Positions 20,850 through 30,021 of a DNA stretch of 64,000 nt are shown in pieces. The first letter of the stretch is position 1. Every line of letters begins with the position of its first letter. The notes under the pieces were generated by a model. It was not told the DNA's origin. It searched no databases and worked only from the letters and a program-made list of their open reading frames with translations. The position numbers and the translations under genes were made by a program. Source of the DNA: Candidatus Limnocylindrales bacterium (GTDB lineage Bacteria; Chloroflexota; Limnocylindria; Limnocylindrales; CSP1-4). Where the stretch lies: assembly GCA_049521175.1 (NCBI GenBank), contig JBEKPB010000001.1, positions 92,440 to 156,439 of the forward strand. Reading direction: 5' to 3'.

Positions 20850-22282
20850 GAGACGCCACCTCCCGTCCAGGCGGTCTCGGACACGGGCTCTCTCGCGGCT
20901 GCATCCGCATCGACCGGTGGCAGAGCCGCGGCGATGTCGTGGCGCCGCTGCACGCCGGACCAGGCGATGAGGTCTGCCGCCGCCTCGGCGCAAGCTCGCG
21001 CCGCGGGAATAGTGGCCCCCAACCCGACCACTGCCAGAACGCGGCCCCCGTTGGTGCGGAACCCGCCTCCGACGTCTCTGACCGTACCCGCATGAAAGAC
21101 AGTGGCTCCAGCCGCTGCTGCTTCCTCGAGGCCTGTGATGGCGTCGCCCTTGCGGGGGCTCTCCGGGTAGCCGGCGGCCGCAAGCACGATGGCCACGGCC
21201 GCGTCACCGGTGGTCGGCAGCAGCCCGCCGTTCAACCCCAGCTCCGCGGCGGCGGAGGCTAGATCCCCTTGGGCGGCGCCATAAAGGAGCGGCCCCAGCG
21301 GGACGGCGAGTCGAGGCAGGAGGGCCTGGATCTCCGGATCCCCGAACCGGGCGTTGCATTCGATCAAGACGGGGCCTTCCGGCGTGACCATCAGCCCGGC
21401 GTAGAGGGCGCCGCGGAACGGCGCGCCGCGCCGGGCCAGCTCGGCCAGGATCGGCAGGTGGATCACGTCGACGAGAGTGGCGCACAGGCTTTCCGGCAAA
21501 TCGGGCACGGGGCTGTAGGCGCCCATGCCGCCCGTGTTGGGACCCCGGTCGGCGTCGAGTAGTCGCTTGTGGTCGCGGGCGGGAGGCAGCGCCAGTGCCC
21601 CGTGGTCGTCGCACATGGCGATGAGGCTCGCCTCGGCTCCGTTCAGCCGCTCCTCGATCACGACGACGGGTTGGGCCGGGTCGCCCGAGGGCAGCGCCGC
21701 GAAGAGCGTCTTCAAGGCGGCCTCTGCGGCGGGGTAGTCGTCACACACGGTGACGCCCTTGCCGGACATCAGCCCATCTGCCTTGATCACGACACCGCGC
21801 GACGCAGGAGCCTCGGCGAGCAGCCTCGCAAACTCCATCGCCGGCTCGATGGCCACGAAGTCGCGGCCGCGGGCCATCCGCACGCCCGCAGCGGCGGCGA
21901 CGTCGCGACAGAAGGCCTTGCTCCATTCGATCCGGGCCGCGGCCCTGGTCGGCCCGAAGGTGGGCACGCCGGCATCTAGAAGGGCGTCGACGACACCCGC
22001 GGCGAGCGGCGCCTCGGGCCCGACGACGACCAGGTCGACATCCTCGCGGGTGGCGACGTCGACAACCGCGGCCGGATCAAGCGCCGACACCTCCGGGAAG
22101 CAGCGGACCTTCGACTCCTGGCCGATGGCGTCGCTCCCCGGGGCGACGATGACGGCCTCGACCGCAGCCTCGCGGCTGAGGCTCCAGACGAGGGCATGCT
22201 CCCGGCCGCCACCACCCAGCACGAGCAGGCGGGCGGGGCCGCTCACGGCGGCCCCTCCGCTCTTGCCCGCACGAGGAGTCAT
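20846..22282 (-). CDS. purD: Phosphoribosylamine-glycine ligase.
   Basis: The N-terminus is ARLLVLGGGGREHALVWSL, and the protein has an ATP-grasp core. The ATG at 22282 overlaps the purA stop (ATGA). The 921-aa track ORF is extended by an alternative frame over purA. Confidence 0.85.
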   Translation of the reverse strand: MTPRAGKSGGAAVSGPARLLVLGGGGREHALVWSLSREAAVEAVIVAPGSDAIGQESKVRCFPEVSALDPAAVVDVATREDVDLVVVGPEAPLAAGVVDALLDAGVPTFGPTRAAARIEWSKAFCRDVAAAAGVRMARGRDFVAIEPAMEFARLLAEAPASRGVVIKADGLMSGKGVTVCDDYPAAEAALKTLFAALPSGDPAQPVVVIEERLNGAEASLIAMCDDHGALALPPARDHKRLLDADRGPNTGGMGAYSPVPDLPESLCATLVDVIHLPILAELARRGAPFRGALYAGLMVTPEGPVLIECNARFGDPEIQALLPRLAVPLGPLLYGAAQGDLASAAAELGLNGGLLPTTGDAAVAIVLAAAGYPESPRKGDAITGLEEAAAAGATVFHAGTVRDVGGGFRTNGGRVLAVVGLGATIPAARACAEAAADLIAWSGVQRRHDIAAALPPVDADAAAREPVSETAWTGGGVS

Positions 22283-23640
22283 CGATTCGCCGATGCTGGG
22301 GGCGGCGCGGCCGCCGGACCCGAACCACCCGGAACGACGACGGGCGGCTTCGGCCGCTGCGGGCGGGGCATCCGCTCGATCGTCTGGCTCCGTTCCGGCC
22401 CCACGGAGACGAAGCAGATCGGAGCGCCGGAAAGGCGCTCGACCGCGTCGACGTACAGCCTGGCGTTCTCCGGCAGGTCGCTCATCGCGCGGCAGTCGTG
22501 CAGCGGCTCGGTCCAGCCGGGGAAGTGCTCGTAGATCGGTTTCGCCCTGGCCAGAACGTCCGCGTCCGACGGCCACCAGTCGACCCGCTGGCCGTCGACT
22601 TCGTAGGCCATGCAGATCAAGACTTCCTCGAGGCCGGACAGGATGTCGATCTTGTTGAGCATGATCGAGCTGACGCTGTTGACCGCGACCGCATAGCGCA
22701 ACGGAACGGCATCGAACCACCCGACGCGGCGCCGCCGGCCGGTCGTGGTTCCGAACTCCCGGCCGCGATCGATGATCCCCTCGCCGATCTCTTCGGTCAG
22801 CTCCGTCGGGAACGGACCGGCCCCGACGCGGGTGGCGTACGCCTTCATGACGCCGATCACTTCGTCGACCTGGAGCGGCCCGATCCCGCCGCCGGTGCAT
22901 GCCCCGCCGGCTATCGGGTTGGACGAGGTCACGAACGGATAGCTGCCGTGGTCGAGATCGAGCAGCGTGCCCTGGGCGCCCTCGAAGAGAAGGTGATCGC
23001 CCCGCGCAAGCATCCCCTGGACCAGCTGCGTCGTGTCGGCGAGATGTGGCTCGAGCCGGCGTCCCCATCCGGTCGCCAGCGTCACGAGCTCGTCGAGGTC
23101 GAAGCCGTCGACGCGATGCTGGCGCTGGAGCGTGGCATTCTTCTCGGGCAGGATCCGCGCGAGCTTGCTGCGCAGCGCCGGACCGTCGAGCAGATCCTCC
23201 ATTCGGATGCCGATGCGCCAGGCCCGGTCGGCGTACGCGGGGCCGATGCCGCGCCGCGTCGTCCCCACCGCCGCCTTGGCGAGTCGAGCCTCCATTGCCC
23301 CGTCGAGGGCGATGTGGTACGGCATGATCACATGGGCGTGCTTGCTGACACGGACCCGTTCCACCTCGATGCCGCGGCTGGCGAGCATGTCCAGTTCGGC
23401 AATCAGGGTCGCTGGATTGACAACGACGCCGTTGCCGATGATCGGCGCGATGTGCGGGTAGAGCACACCCGAGGGGACGAGGTGGAGCTTGAAGACCTCC
23501 TCGCCCAGCATGATCGTGTGACCGGCGTTGTCGCCGCCCTGGTATCGGACCACGGCCGTGACGTTCTCGGCCAGCGCGTCCGTGGTCTTGCCTTTGCCCT
23601 CGTCGCCCCACTGCAGGCCGACGATCACGGTGGCGGGCAT
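22279..23640 (-). CDS. purA: Adenylosuccinate synthetase.
   Basis: MPATVIVGLQWGDEGKGKTTD is the P-loop. The protein contains GGDNAGHT. It has a Pro-rich tail of about 25 aa at the C-terminus. GGAGGA lies 4 nt upstream of the ATG. Confidence 0.9.
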   Translation of the reverse strand: MPATVIVGLQWGDEGKGKTTDALAENVTAVVRYQGGDNAGHTIMLGEEVFKLHLVPSGVLYPHIAPIIGNGVVVNPATLIAELDMLASRGIEVERVRVSKHAHVIMPYHIALDGAMEARLAKAAVGTTRRGIGPAYADRAWRIGIRMEDLLDGPALRSKLARILPEKNATLQRQHRVDGFDLDELVTLATGWGRRLEPHLADTTQLVQGMLARGDHLLFEGAQGTLLDLDHGSYPFVTSSNPIAGGACTGGGIGPLQVDEVIGVMKAYATRVGAGPFPTELTEEIGEGIIDRGREFGTTTGRRRRVGWFDAVPLRYAVAVNSVSSIMLNKIDILSGLEEVLICMAYEVDGQRVDWWPSDADVLARAKPIYEHFPGWTEPLHDCRAMSDLPENARLYVDAVERLSGAPICFVSVGPERSQTIERMPRPQRPKPPVVVPGGSGPAAAPPPASANR

Positions 23641-23973
23641 CTAGTCCTCCCCCCGGTGCTCGCCCGGCGGTCGTCCATCTGGTAACCCCGGGAAACCAAA
23701 AGGCCCTCGGCCGACCGGCCGGGGACCTGGGTAGACTGCCCCTCCGTTGGAGCCGCGGCTCCTGAGGGAGCGAAGGTGGTGGTTCGTCTCACGGGGCGAA
23801 CAGCACGCCTTCCTGGGGCAACGTGGCCTCCTTGGCGATGTTGTCTCTGGAACCCGATGGCGCCTCGGCCTTGGGCAGTCCGGAGTATAGCAGGCGGGAG
23901 ACCCTCAACCGAAGCCCCGGACGCGAGCGGCGCAGAATCGAGCGGCCCGCGAAACGCCTGCCGAGGAGAGCTA

Positions 23974-24759
23974 CTACTCCCCCGCCGAAGGCGCCGCAGC
24001 GGCCGGGCTACCGGCGAGGGCGGCTCGCACGGCCTCGGGGCCGCGAGCCCGCCACTCCGCCGCGATGGCGGCCGTAGCCGTCGCCCCGACCCGGCATGCA
24101 CCGGAGGCGAGCATCGCCAGCATTGCATCGAGGGTTCGAACTCCGTGCGCGGCCTTGACGCCCACACTGTCGCCGACGACGCGCCGCATCAATGCGATCT
24201 CGCCCGGCTCCGCTCCACGCGGCGAGAAGCCGGTTCCGTTCTTCACGAACGCCGCTCGGGCCTCGACGGCCACGCGACATCCGGCTTCCACCTGCTCCGG
24301 GGTCAGATACGCGGTCTCGAGGATCACCTTGACCGGGGTTGGTGAGACGGTGTAGATGAGCCCCGCCAGCTCGTCTCGGACGTAACCCAGCTCGCCTGCC
24401 CGCAGCGCCCCGATGTTCACCACGACGTCGAGCTCGACTGCACCCTGATCGACAGCCAGGATGGCCTCGCGCTCCTTGATCGCGGACACGTTGGCGCCGT
24501 GCGGGAAACCGACCACGGTGGTGGGCCCGACCACCGACCGCCGGAGCCGACCGACGACGAATTGCAGGTCGGCCGGCCGGCAGCATACCGTGGCCGTCTC
24601 ATATTCGATCGCCAGGTCGCAACCGGCCTCGACGTCGGCTCGTGTGAGATCGGGTCTGAGCAGGGAGTGGTCTATGGTGCCCATCAGGGTCTTCTCGTCG
24701 AGCATCATGAGGTCCAGCGGCGCACGATTCCCGAGCCGCACCTTGAGGACTTGCTTCAT
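23974..24759 (-). CDS. Divergent deoxyribose-phosphate aldolase (DERA/DeoC family) paralog with no encapsulation peptide. It is the last gene of the BMC operon.
   Basis: The protein contains IDHSLLRPD, GFPHGAN, the Schiff-base Lys context VKVILET, FVKNGTGF and VGVKAAHGVRT. The canonical VCVNP, FVKTSTG and VKASGGIRT motifs are altered. Confidence 0.7.
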   Translation of the reverse strand: MKQVLKVRLGNRAPLDLMMLDEKTLMGTIDHSLLRPDLTRADVEAGCDLAIEYETATVCCRPADLQFVVGRLRRSVVGPTTVVGFPHGANVSAIKEREAILAVDQGAVELDVVVNIGALRAGELGYVRDELAGLIYTVSPTPVKVILETAYLTPEQVEAGCRVAVEARAAFVKNGTGFSPRGAEPGEIALMRRVVGDSVGVKAAHGVRTLDAMLAMLASGACRVGATATAAIAAEWRARGPEAVRAALAGSPAAAAPSAGE

Positions 24760-24767
24760 CCGTGCTC

Positions 24768-25853
24768 CTAGGACGCCGAGGCCACGATTGCCAGCGCGTG
24801 GCTGCCGCCAGCATCGATGGCGATCACGTTCGAGAGATGCGCCGGAAGGGTCGCCTGGCCGGATTCGTTGCCGCCCCAGACTACAACGGTTCCGTCAGCC
24901 TTGAGAGCCAGGCTGAAGTTGCCGCCGGCCGCGATGGCGACCGCGTGCAGGCCCGGCGGCACGGTCGTCTCGCCGTCGTTGTTGCCGCCCCAGGAGACAA
25001 CCGTCCCGTCCGACTTGAGGACGAGGTTGTGGGCGAAGCCGGCCGAGATCGCCGTCACCCCGCTCAGGCCGGCCGGAACCTTGACCACGCCGGAGGCGAC
25101 ATCGGTCGGGTATTTGTCCCCCCAGGCGACCACGGTTCCATCGCTCAGCAGGGCCAGGCTGAAGTCGTAGCCGGCCGAGACCTGAACTACGTTCTTGAGG
25201 CCGGTCGGCACGTCGGTCGCGCCGTTCGAGTCGTCGCCCCAGGCAACGACGGTTCCGTCGGACTTGAGGGCGATCGCATGCGAACCCGCGGCGCCGATTC
25301 CGACTACGTTGCTCAAGCTGGCCGGCGGGGTTGACTCGCTATCGGAGTTGTCGCCCCAGCCGACGACGGTGCCGTCGACCTTCAGGGCCAGGCCGAAGTT
25401 GCTACCCGCCGAGATCGCCCGGACATTGGTTGCGGAGACGGGTATCTGCGTCTCCGCCGGGTCGTTGGCGCCGCCCCATGCGGTGACGGTCCCATCAGAC
25501 TTGAGGGCCATACTGAAGTCGTCGCCCGCGGCAACGGCGACGACGCCGGTGAGTCCGGGTGCAACGTCGGTCTCGCCCGAGCTGTCGTCGCCCCAGGCCA
25601 CGACGGTCCCGCTCTGTACGGGCGCTGACGAAGCCATGCCGGACGGCCGCGCGCTCGGGGTCGTTCCCGCCGGAATTGACGGCGCGACGGTTCCGCGCGA
25701 GCCCGGAGGTCCGGAGCCAGCCGCTGGCGACGCGGCAGTGGACGGGGTCGGCGTGGTGCCGGCGAGCCCGCTGCAGGCCGCGACCGTGATTGCCAGGGCG
25801 CCCGTAAGGATGAAACCGCCAAGCCCGCAGAGGGCTTGTCTCCTCGTAGCCAT
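24768..25853 (-). CDS. RCC1-repeat (seven-bladed beta-propeller) protein with a Tat signal and a lipobox.
   Basis: MATRRQALCGLGGFILTGALAITVAACSG contains an RR motif and a lipobox Cys. The protein has seven repeats of about 50 aa of the form GTVVAWGDDSxGxTDVPxGLxxVVxVSAGxxFSLAL. The gene is 8 bp downstream of the next gene in the operon. Confidence 0.7.
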   Translation of the reverse strand: MATRRQALCGLGGFILTGALAITVAACSGLAGTTPTPSTAASPAAGSGPPGSRGTVAPSIPAGTTPSARPSGMASSAPVQSGTVVAWGDDSSGETDVAPGLTGVVAVAAGDDFSMALKSDGTVTAWGGANDPAETQIPVSATNVRAISAGSNFGLALKVDGTVVGWGDNSDSESTPPASLSNVVGIGAAGSHAIALKSDGTVVAWGDDSNGATDVPTGLKNVVQVSAGYDFSLALLSDGTVVAWGDKYPTDVASGVVKVPAGLSGVTAISAGFAHNLVLKSDGTVVSWGGNNDGETTVPPGLHAVAIAAGGNFSLALKADGTVVVWGGNESGQATLPAHLSNVIAIDAGGSHALAIVASAS

Positions 25854-25968
25854 CTGACCTCCTCATGGGACGCTGGCACCGCCCCCGACGACGACGCCAC
25901 CGGCAGCATAGCGCGCGAGCCTACCCAGGTGGCCGCAGCGGCCTGCAACTGTCCCACGGCGGCTCCGA

Positions 25969-26250
25969 CTAGACCGCCGCCGGCCCCTCCACGACGGCGT
26001 CCACAATCCCGACGACCAGCGTCCGGATCGGGGCGCCCGGCGCGTTCAATACCTGGCGGGCCGAGTTGCCCTCGTCGAGGATCAGGACCGTCTCTCCGGC
26101 GCCGGCACCAACGGTGTCAACCGCGATGAGATAGCCGCCGGCCGGGCGACCGGACGGGTCGAGGAGGTCGCACAGCAGGAGCGTCCGATTGTCGAAGTCG
26201 GGCGCGTTGATCGTGGAGACGACCGTGCCCACGACGCGGCCCAGCTTCAT
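25969..26250 (-). CDS. BMC vertex protein (BMC-P, EutN/CcmL/PduN family), copy 1.
   Basis: The sequence MKLGRVVGTVVSTINAPDFDNRTLLLCDLLDP...IAVDTVGAGAGETVLILDEGNSARQ is EutN-like. The start is at M125 of the track ORF, giving an ATGA overlap with the upstream gene. Confidence 0.8.
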   Translation of the reverse strand: MKLGRVVGTVVSTINAPDFDNRTLLLCDLLDPSGRPAGGYLIAVDTVGAGAGETVLILDEGNSARQVLNAPGAPIRTLVVGIVDAVVEGPAAV

Positions 26251-26531
26251 TGCTCGTTCCCCGCGAGCGCGGAGACCGCGTCCACGATCCCTACGATCGC
26301 GTGGTCCACCGGGACGAATGGGTCCGGCATCGCCTGGGCGGCCTCGCGGGCAGCCACGAAATAAACGAGCTCGCCGGGACCGGCCATGTGGACCGCGTCG
26401 GCCGCGACCAGCTGGCCACCGGTCGGTTTGAGCGACCGATCGAGCGGCTGGATCACGAGGAGCTTGACGCCCTCGAGTCCGGGCGCCTTGACGGTGGCGA
26501 CGACCGTGCCGATAACCCGTGCGAGCTGCAT
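26247..26531 (-). CDS. BMC vertex protein (BMC-P), copy 2.
   Basis: The sequence is MQLARVIGTVVATVKAPGLEGVKLLVIQPLD...VAADAVHMAGPGELVYF. Confidence 0.8.
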   Translation of the reverse strand: MQLARVIGTVVATVKAPGLEGVKLLVIQPLDRSLKPTGGQLVAADAVHMAGPGELVYFVAAREAAQAMPDPFVPVDHAIVGIVDAVSALAGNEQ

Positions 26532-26536
26532 GCCGG

Positions 26537-27199
26537 CTACCGGCCCTTCCGCCGTGGAGCGGGCGCCGAGGCTCGGGCCCGCGCCGCAGCGGTACCGGTG
26601 CCCGCGCCCCGGACCCGCTCACGGAACTGCCCGTCCGCCGCCAGGTTCACGGCCATCTCCGAATGCAGCTGCGGAATCACTCGCGACGCCAGGCCCGGCG
26701 CCCCGACGATTCGGCCGGCGCCGATCTCGACCGCGGCCTCAACCTCGCTGACGGGTCCGTCGAACAAGAGGTAGGCCTTGCCGCCGAGGTCGTCGGCCAG
26801 GCGCAGCTCGACGAGACGGACCCGCGCGCCCTTGAGCCCGGCGTCGGCGGCCTCGATGATCGCGGCGACGGTGGCGGTCTCGATGACGCCGAGGGCCTCG
26901 CCCGCGGCCTCTCGGCACGAGCCGCCGATAGCGGCGATCAACTCCGGGTGGGCATTCGGCAGGAAGACGACGTCGACGATGGCCGACGCGCCGGCCTCGC
27001 GGCCCGCCGCCAACGACTCTTCGACGTCTCCGACCGTGCCTCCGATGAGAACCAGGTACTTCCCGGGGTGCACCGTGCCGGCCCGCAGGACATCGATTGG
27101 GGCGCGCTTCGCCATGGCGTCGCCGGCGGCGATGCCGGCCGCGATCGAGTCGAGCTCGATAAGTGCGAGGGCCGGTTCGATGCCGAGGCTGGTTGTCAT
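26537..27199 (-). CDS. Tandem-domain BMC shell protein (BMC-T, PduT-like, two canonical PF00936-type domains).
   Basis: Domain 1 is IEPALALIELDSIAAGIAAGDAMAKRAPIDVL. Domain 2 is EALGVIETATVAAIIEAADAGLKGARVRLVELRL...GGKAYLLFDGPVSEVEAAVEIG. Confidence 0.75.
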   Translation of the reverse strand: MTTSLGIEPALALIELDSIAAGIAAGDAMAKRAPIDVLRAGTVHPGKYLVLIGGTVGDVEESLAAGREAGASAIVDVVFLPNAHPELIAAIGGSCREAAGEALGVIETATVAAIIEAADAGLKGARVRLVELRLADDLGGKAYLLFDGPVSEVEAAVEIGAGRIVGAPGLASRVIPQLHSEMAVNLAADGQFRERVRGAGTGTAAARARASAPAPRRKGR

Positions 27200-27201
27200 C
27201 G

Positions 27202-28665
27202 TCAGACGATCCGCAGCGCGCCGACGACGGTGATCCGCCGCTCGCGCGAGAAAGTCCGCGGCCGGGTCAAGCCATCGCCGGACGGGCTGGCGATCGAGAA
27301 CGAGGTGAAGCCCTCACCGCCCTCGCCCAGGCCCGCGAAGTTGGGCCCGTTGGTCACGAAGATGCTGCAGTTCATGGCGCGGGCCATCCTTGTGATGGTG
27401 TCGACGTTTGTGGAGTGGATGGACGCCGTGTGGCGGAAACCGTGCTCGGCGCGCACCGCCAGATCGATCGCCTGCTCGACGGTCCCGACCCGCACGACCG
27501 GGAGGAGCGGCATCATCTGCTCGGTCCAGACCAGGCTGTGGTCGCGCGGCACGTCCGCAATCAGGAGTCGCGGCGTCGGCTCGACCTGGACGCCGATCTC
27601 AGCCAGCATCCTGGCAGCGTCCTGGCCGATCCAGGCCGGGTTCATGACGCCTGGCTTCCCGGGCTGGCCGAGCTCCCTGAAGACAACTCGCTCGAGCCGG
27701 CGTAGCTCGTGCTCCTTCAGCAGGTAGGCGCCGTTCTGGGTCATAGACCGGATCAGCCGGTCGGCGACGGTATCCACGACGAGCACGAGCTTCTCGTCGA
27801 TGCAGACGATGTTGTTGTCGAACGAGGCGCCGCGGACTATGTCGCGGCCCGCTCGCTCTATGTCGGCGGTTCCGTCGACGACCGCGGGCGGGTTGCCGGG
27901 ACCGGCAGTGATCGCTCGCTTGTCGGACTTGAGCGCCTCGCGGACGACCGCCGGCCCGCCCGTCACGAGCAGCACGCGGACACTGGGGTGCAACATCAAG
28001 GCGCGTGCGGTTTCGATCGTCGGGTTCGCGGCGGCCGACACGAGGTTTGGCGGCCCTCCGGCACCGACGACGGCCCGGTTGATGAGCCGCACCGTTTCCG
28101 CCGAGCATCGCCGCGCGCTCGGGTGGGCGTTGAAGACGACGGCGTTGCCGGCCGAGACGATGCTGATCGTGTTGTTGATGATCGTCGAGGTGGGGTTCGT
28201 GACCGGCGTGATGGCCGCCACGACGCCGAACGGGGCGAACTCGGTGACCATCATCCCCGCATCGCCCGTGACGGCCTGGACCTCGAGGTCCTCTGGCCCT
28301 GGCGCCTTGGAGGCCACCAGGCGGTTCTTGACGACCTTGTCCTCGACGCGCCCGAGGTGCGTTTCCTGGTGGGCCATGCGGGCCAGCTGCTCCGAGTGGT
28401 CGAGCATCGAGCGACGCACGGCGTCGATGATGACCTTGCGGCCGGCCAGGCCCTGCACCTGGAACTCACCGAACGCTCGCGTGGCTGCGGCAACGGCATC
28501 GTCGATCGTGGCGTGGATGCCGTCGCCCAGCTCCGCGGCCGCGGCGGTCGCCAGCTCGGCCTCGGCTCGCAGCCCTTCGCCGGGCCGCGCGTCACCGGCC
28601 GTCGCCACGCGGCGGCGGACGCGCTCGATGATCTCGGTGATTTCGCGTTCGTCGAGCTCGCTCAT
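27202..28665 (-). CDS. CoA-acylating aldehyde dehydrogenase (PduP/EutE-like) with an N-terminal encapsulation-peptide-like helix.
   Basis: The aldehyde dehydrogenase core contains ITPVTNPTSTIINNTISIVSAGNAVVFNAHP and a catalytic Cys in DNNIVCIDEK. The N-terminus MSELDEREITEIIERVRRRVATAG is amphipathic. Confidence 0.85.
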   Translation of the reverse strand: MSELDEREITEIIERVRRRVATAGDARPGEGLRAEAELATAAAAELGDGIHATIDDAVAAATRAFGEFQVQGLAGRKVIIDAVRRSMLDHSEQLARMAHQETHLGRVEDKVVKNRLVASKAPGPEDLEVQAVTGDAGMMVTEFAPFGVVAAITPVTNPTSTIINNTISIVSAGNAVVFNAHPSARRCSAETVRLINRAVVGAGGPPNLVSAAANPTIETARALMLHPSVRVLLVTGGPAVVREALKSDKRAITAGPGNPPAVVDGTADIERAGRDIVRGASFDNNIVCIDEKLVLVVDTVADRLIRSMTQNGAYLLKEHELRRLERVVFRELGQPGKPGVMNPAWIGQDAARMLAEIGVQVEPTPRLLIADVPRDHSLVWTEQMMPLLPVVRVGTVEQAIDLAVRAEHGFRHTASIHSTNVDTITRMARAMNCSIFVTNGPNFAGLGEGGEGFTSFSIASPSGDGLTRPRTFSRERRITVVGALRIV

Positions 28666-28677
28666 CGTGTTCGCCCG

Positions 28678-28965
28678 CTACTTGCGGTATACCTCCGTCC
28701 CGCCTATTTCCCACGTGTCCACGATGGCCATGATCACGGCGTCGCACGGCCGGTCGCGCGTCATCTCCGTCTGGCGGGCGGAGCTGCCGGTGGCGTAGAG
28801 GACGACCTCGCCGACACCCGCGCCGACCGTGTCAGCGGCCACGACGTAGCCTCCAGCTTCCCGGTTCTGGGCATCGAGCTGGCGCACGACGAGGAGCTTC
28901 CAGCCCTCCATCAGCGGTTCTTTGCGACTCGCGACCACGGTTCCGGTTACCCGTCCAAGGAGCAT
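28678..28965 (-). CDS. BMC vertex protein (BMC-P), copy 3.
   Basis: The sequence is [31 protein letters not shown]...[17 protein letters not shown]. Confidence 0.8.
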   Translation of the reverse strand: MLLGRVTGTVVASRKEPLMEGWKLLVVRQLDAQNREAGGYVVAADTVGAGVGEVVLYATGSSARQTEMTRDRPCDAVIMAIVDTWEIGGTEVYRK

Positions 28966-29027
28966 CTCGTCACCGCCTGCATCAAGGCGCGCGCGCCGGT
29001 GTTAAGCCGGCGCGCCGCCACTCGCCT

Positions 29028-29336
29028 CTACTTCTGGCCGGCCTCGGCCTTGGCCTCGGCAAGCCGCCCGAGCGGCAGGACGAGGTCGACGTTGACGTGC
29101 GGCCGGGCGATCACATGGCTGGCGACGACTTCGCCGACCTTGGCGGCGTTTCGGACGCCGGCGTCGACCGCTGCCTTGACGGCGGCGACGTCGCCGCGCA
29201 CCACGGCGGTCACGTACCCGCCGCCGGTCTTCTCGTAGCTGACCAGCTCGACCTTGGCCGCCTTGACCATAGCGTCGGCGGCCTCGACCACTGCCGCGAA
29301 CCCGCGGGCTTCGATCATCCCAAGCGCTTCTGCCAT
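29028..29336 (-). CDS. BMC hexamer shell protein (BMC-H, PduA/EutM-like). It is the only one in the locus.
   Basis: The N-terminal sequence [60 protein letters not shown] is close to the BMC-H consensus. Confidence 0.9.
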   Translation of the reverse strand: MAEALGMIEARGFAAVVEAADAMVKAAKVELVSYEKTGGGYVTAVVRGDVAAVKAAVDAGVRNAAKVGEVVASHVIARPHVNVDLVLPLGRLAEAKAEAGQK

Positions 29337-29391
29337 CGACCTTGTCTCCTTCTCGTTCGGCTGCTCGACCTTCCGGTCGATGCCGTTGCTG

Positions 29392-30021
29392 TCATGCCTT
29401 CGCTTCGCGTCCTTCGAGTCCCTCGATCGCCGCCAGCGCGGCGCGCCAGCCGACGTCGATGTCGCGCTCCTCGCCGCCCAGGTATATGCGGCCCATCGAG
29501 CCGAAGGACCGAACTTCGAGGATGTTGATGTGCGCCGCCTTCTCCGCCTCGTTGGCCGCGAGAGCGGCGTAAGCGGCCGGTTCGAGTTCCAGCACGTAGA
29601 GCGTCTGGCCGGGTATCAGCATCTGGCCATGACGCGTCCGGTTGATGAGCTGAGCCTGGTGGTCGTCGATCCGGCGGATGATCTGCGATGACAGGACTCG
29701 CGGCTTGATCCGATCGGTCTCGGCCAGGCCGATGTCGGCGAGGATCGCGGCGCCGGCGGCGCGGACCTCCGCCTGCGACGGCGAGTGGATCTCGAGCATG
29801 CCGTAGTAGCGCTCGATGATCTGCATGCCGGGCTTGACTGTCGTCGACTTGAGCGCGACGTCGGTCAGCCGGTTGATCTCGATGCCGGGCGAGATCTCGA
29901 TCTCCAGCGAAGCGTCGCCGGCGAGCGGCAGGAATCCCTGCGCGACAGTCCCGAGGAAGGCGGCGTACTGGGCCTGGAGGCTATCCAGGAAGACGTACGC
30001 CCGAAGGTCAATATTGCCCAT
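29392..30021 (-). CDS. Putative circularly permuted tandem BMC shell protein (BMC-T, EutL/PduB-like).
   Basis: The protein is 209 aa with two permuted BMC-like halves ([19 protein letters not shown]...[26 protein letters not shown] and [31 protein letters not shown]...[12 protein letters not shown]). I assigned it by pattern only. Confidence 0.55.
   Translation of the reverse strand: MGNIDLRAYVFLDSLQAQYAAFLGTVAQGFLPLAGDASLEIEISPGIEINRLTDVALKSTTVKPGMQIIERYYGMLEIHSPSQAEVRAAGAAILADIGLAETDRIKPRVLSSQIIRRIDDHQAQLINRTRHGQMLIPGQTLYVLELEPAAYAALAANEAEKAAHINILEVRSFGSMGRIYLGGEERDIDVGWRAALAAIEGLEGREAKA

Noticed and set aside
20846-23611. A 921-aa ORF.
   Set aside because: This is purD plus an artificial extension over the purA coding region in another frame. 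The real purD start is at 22282.
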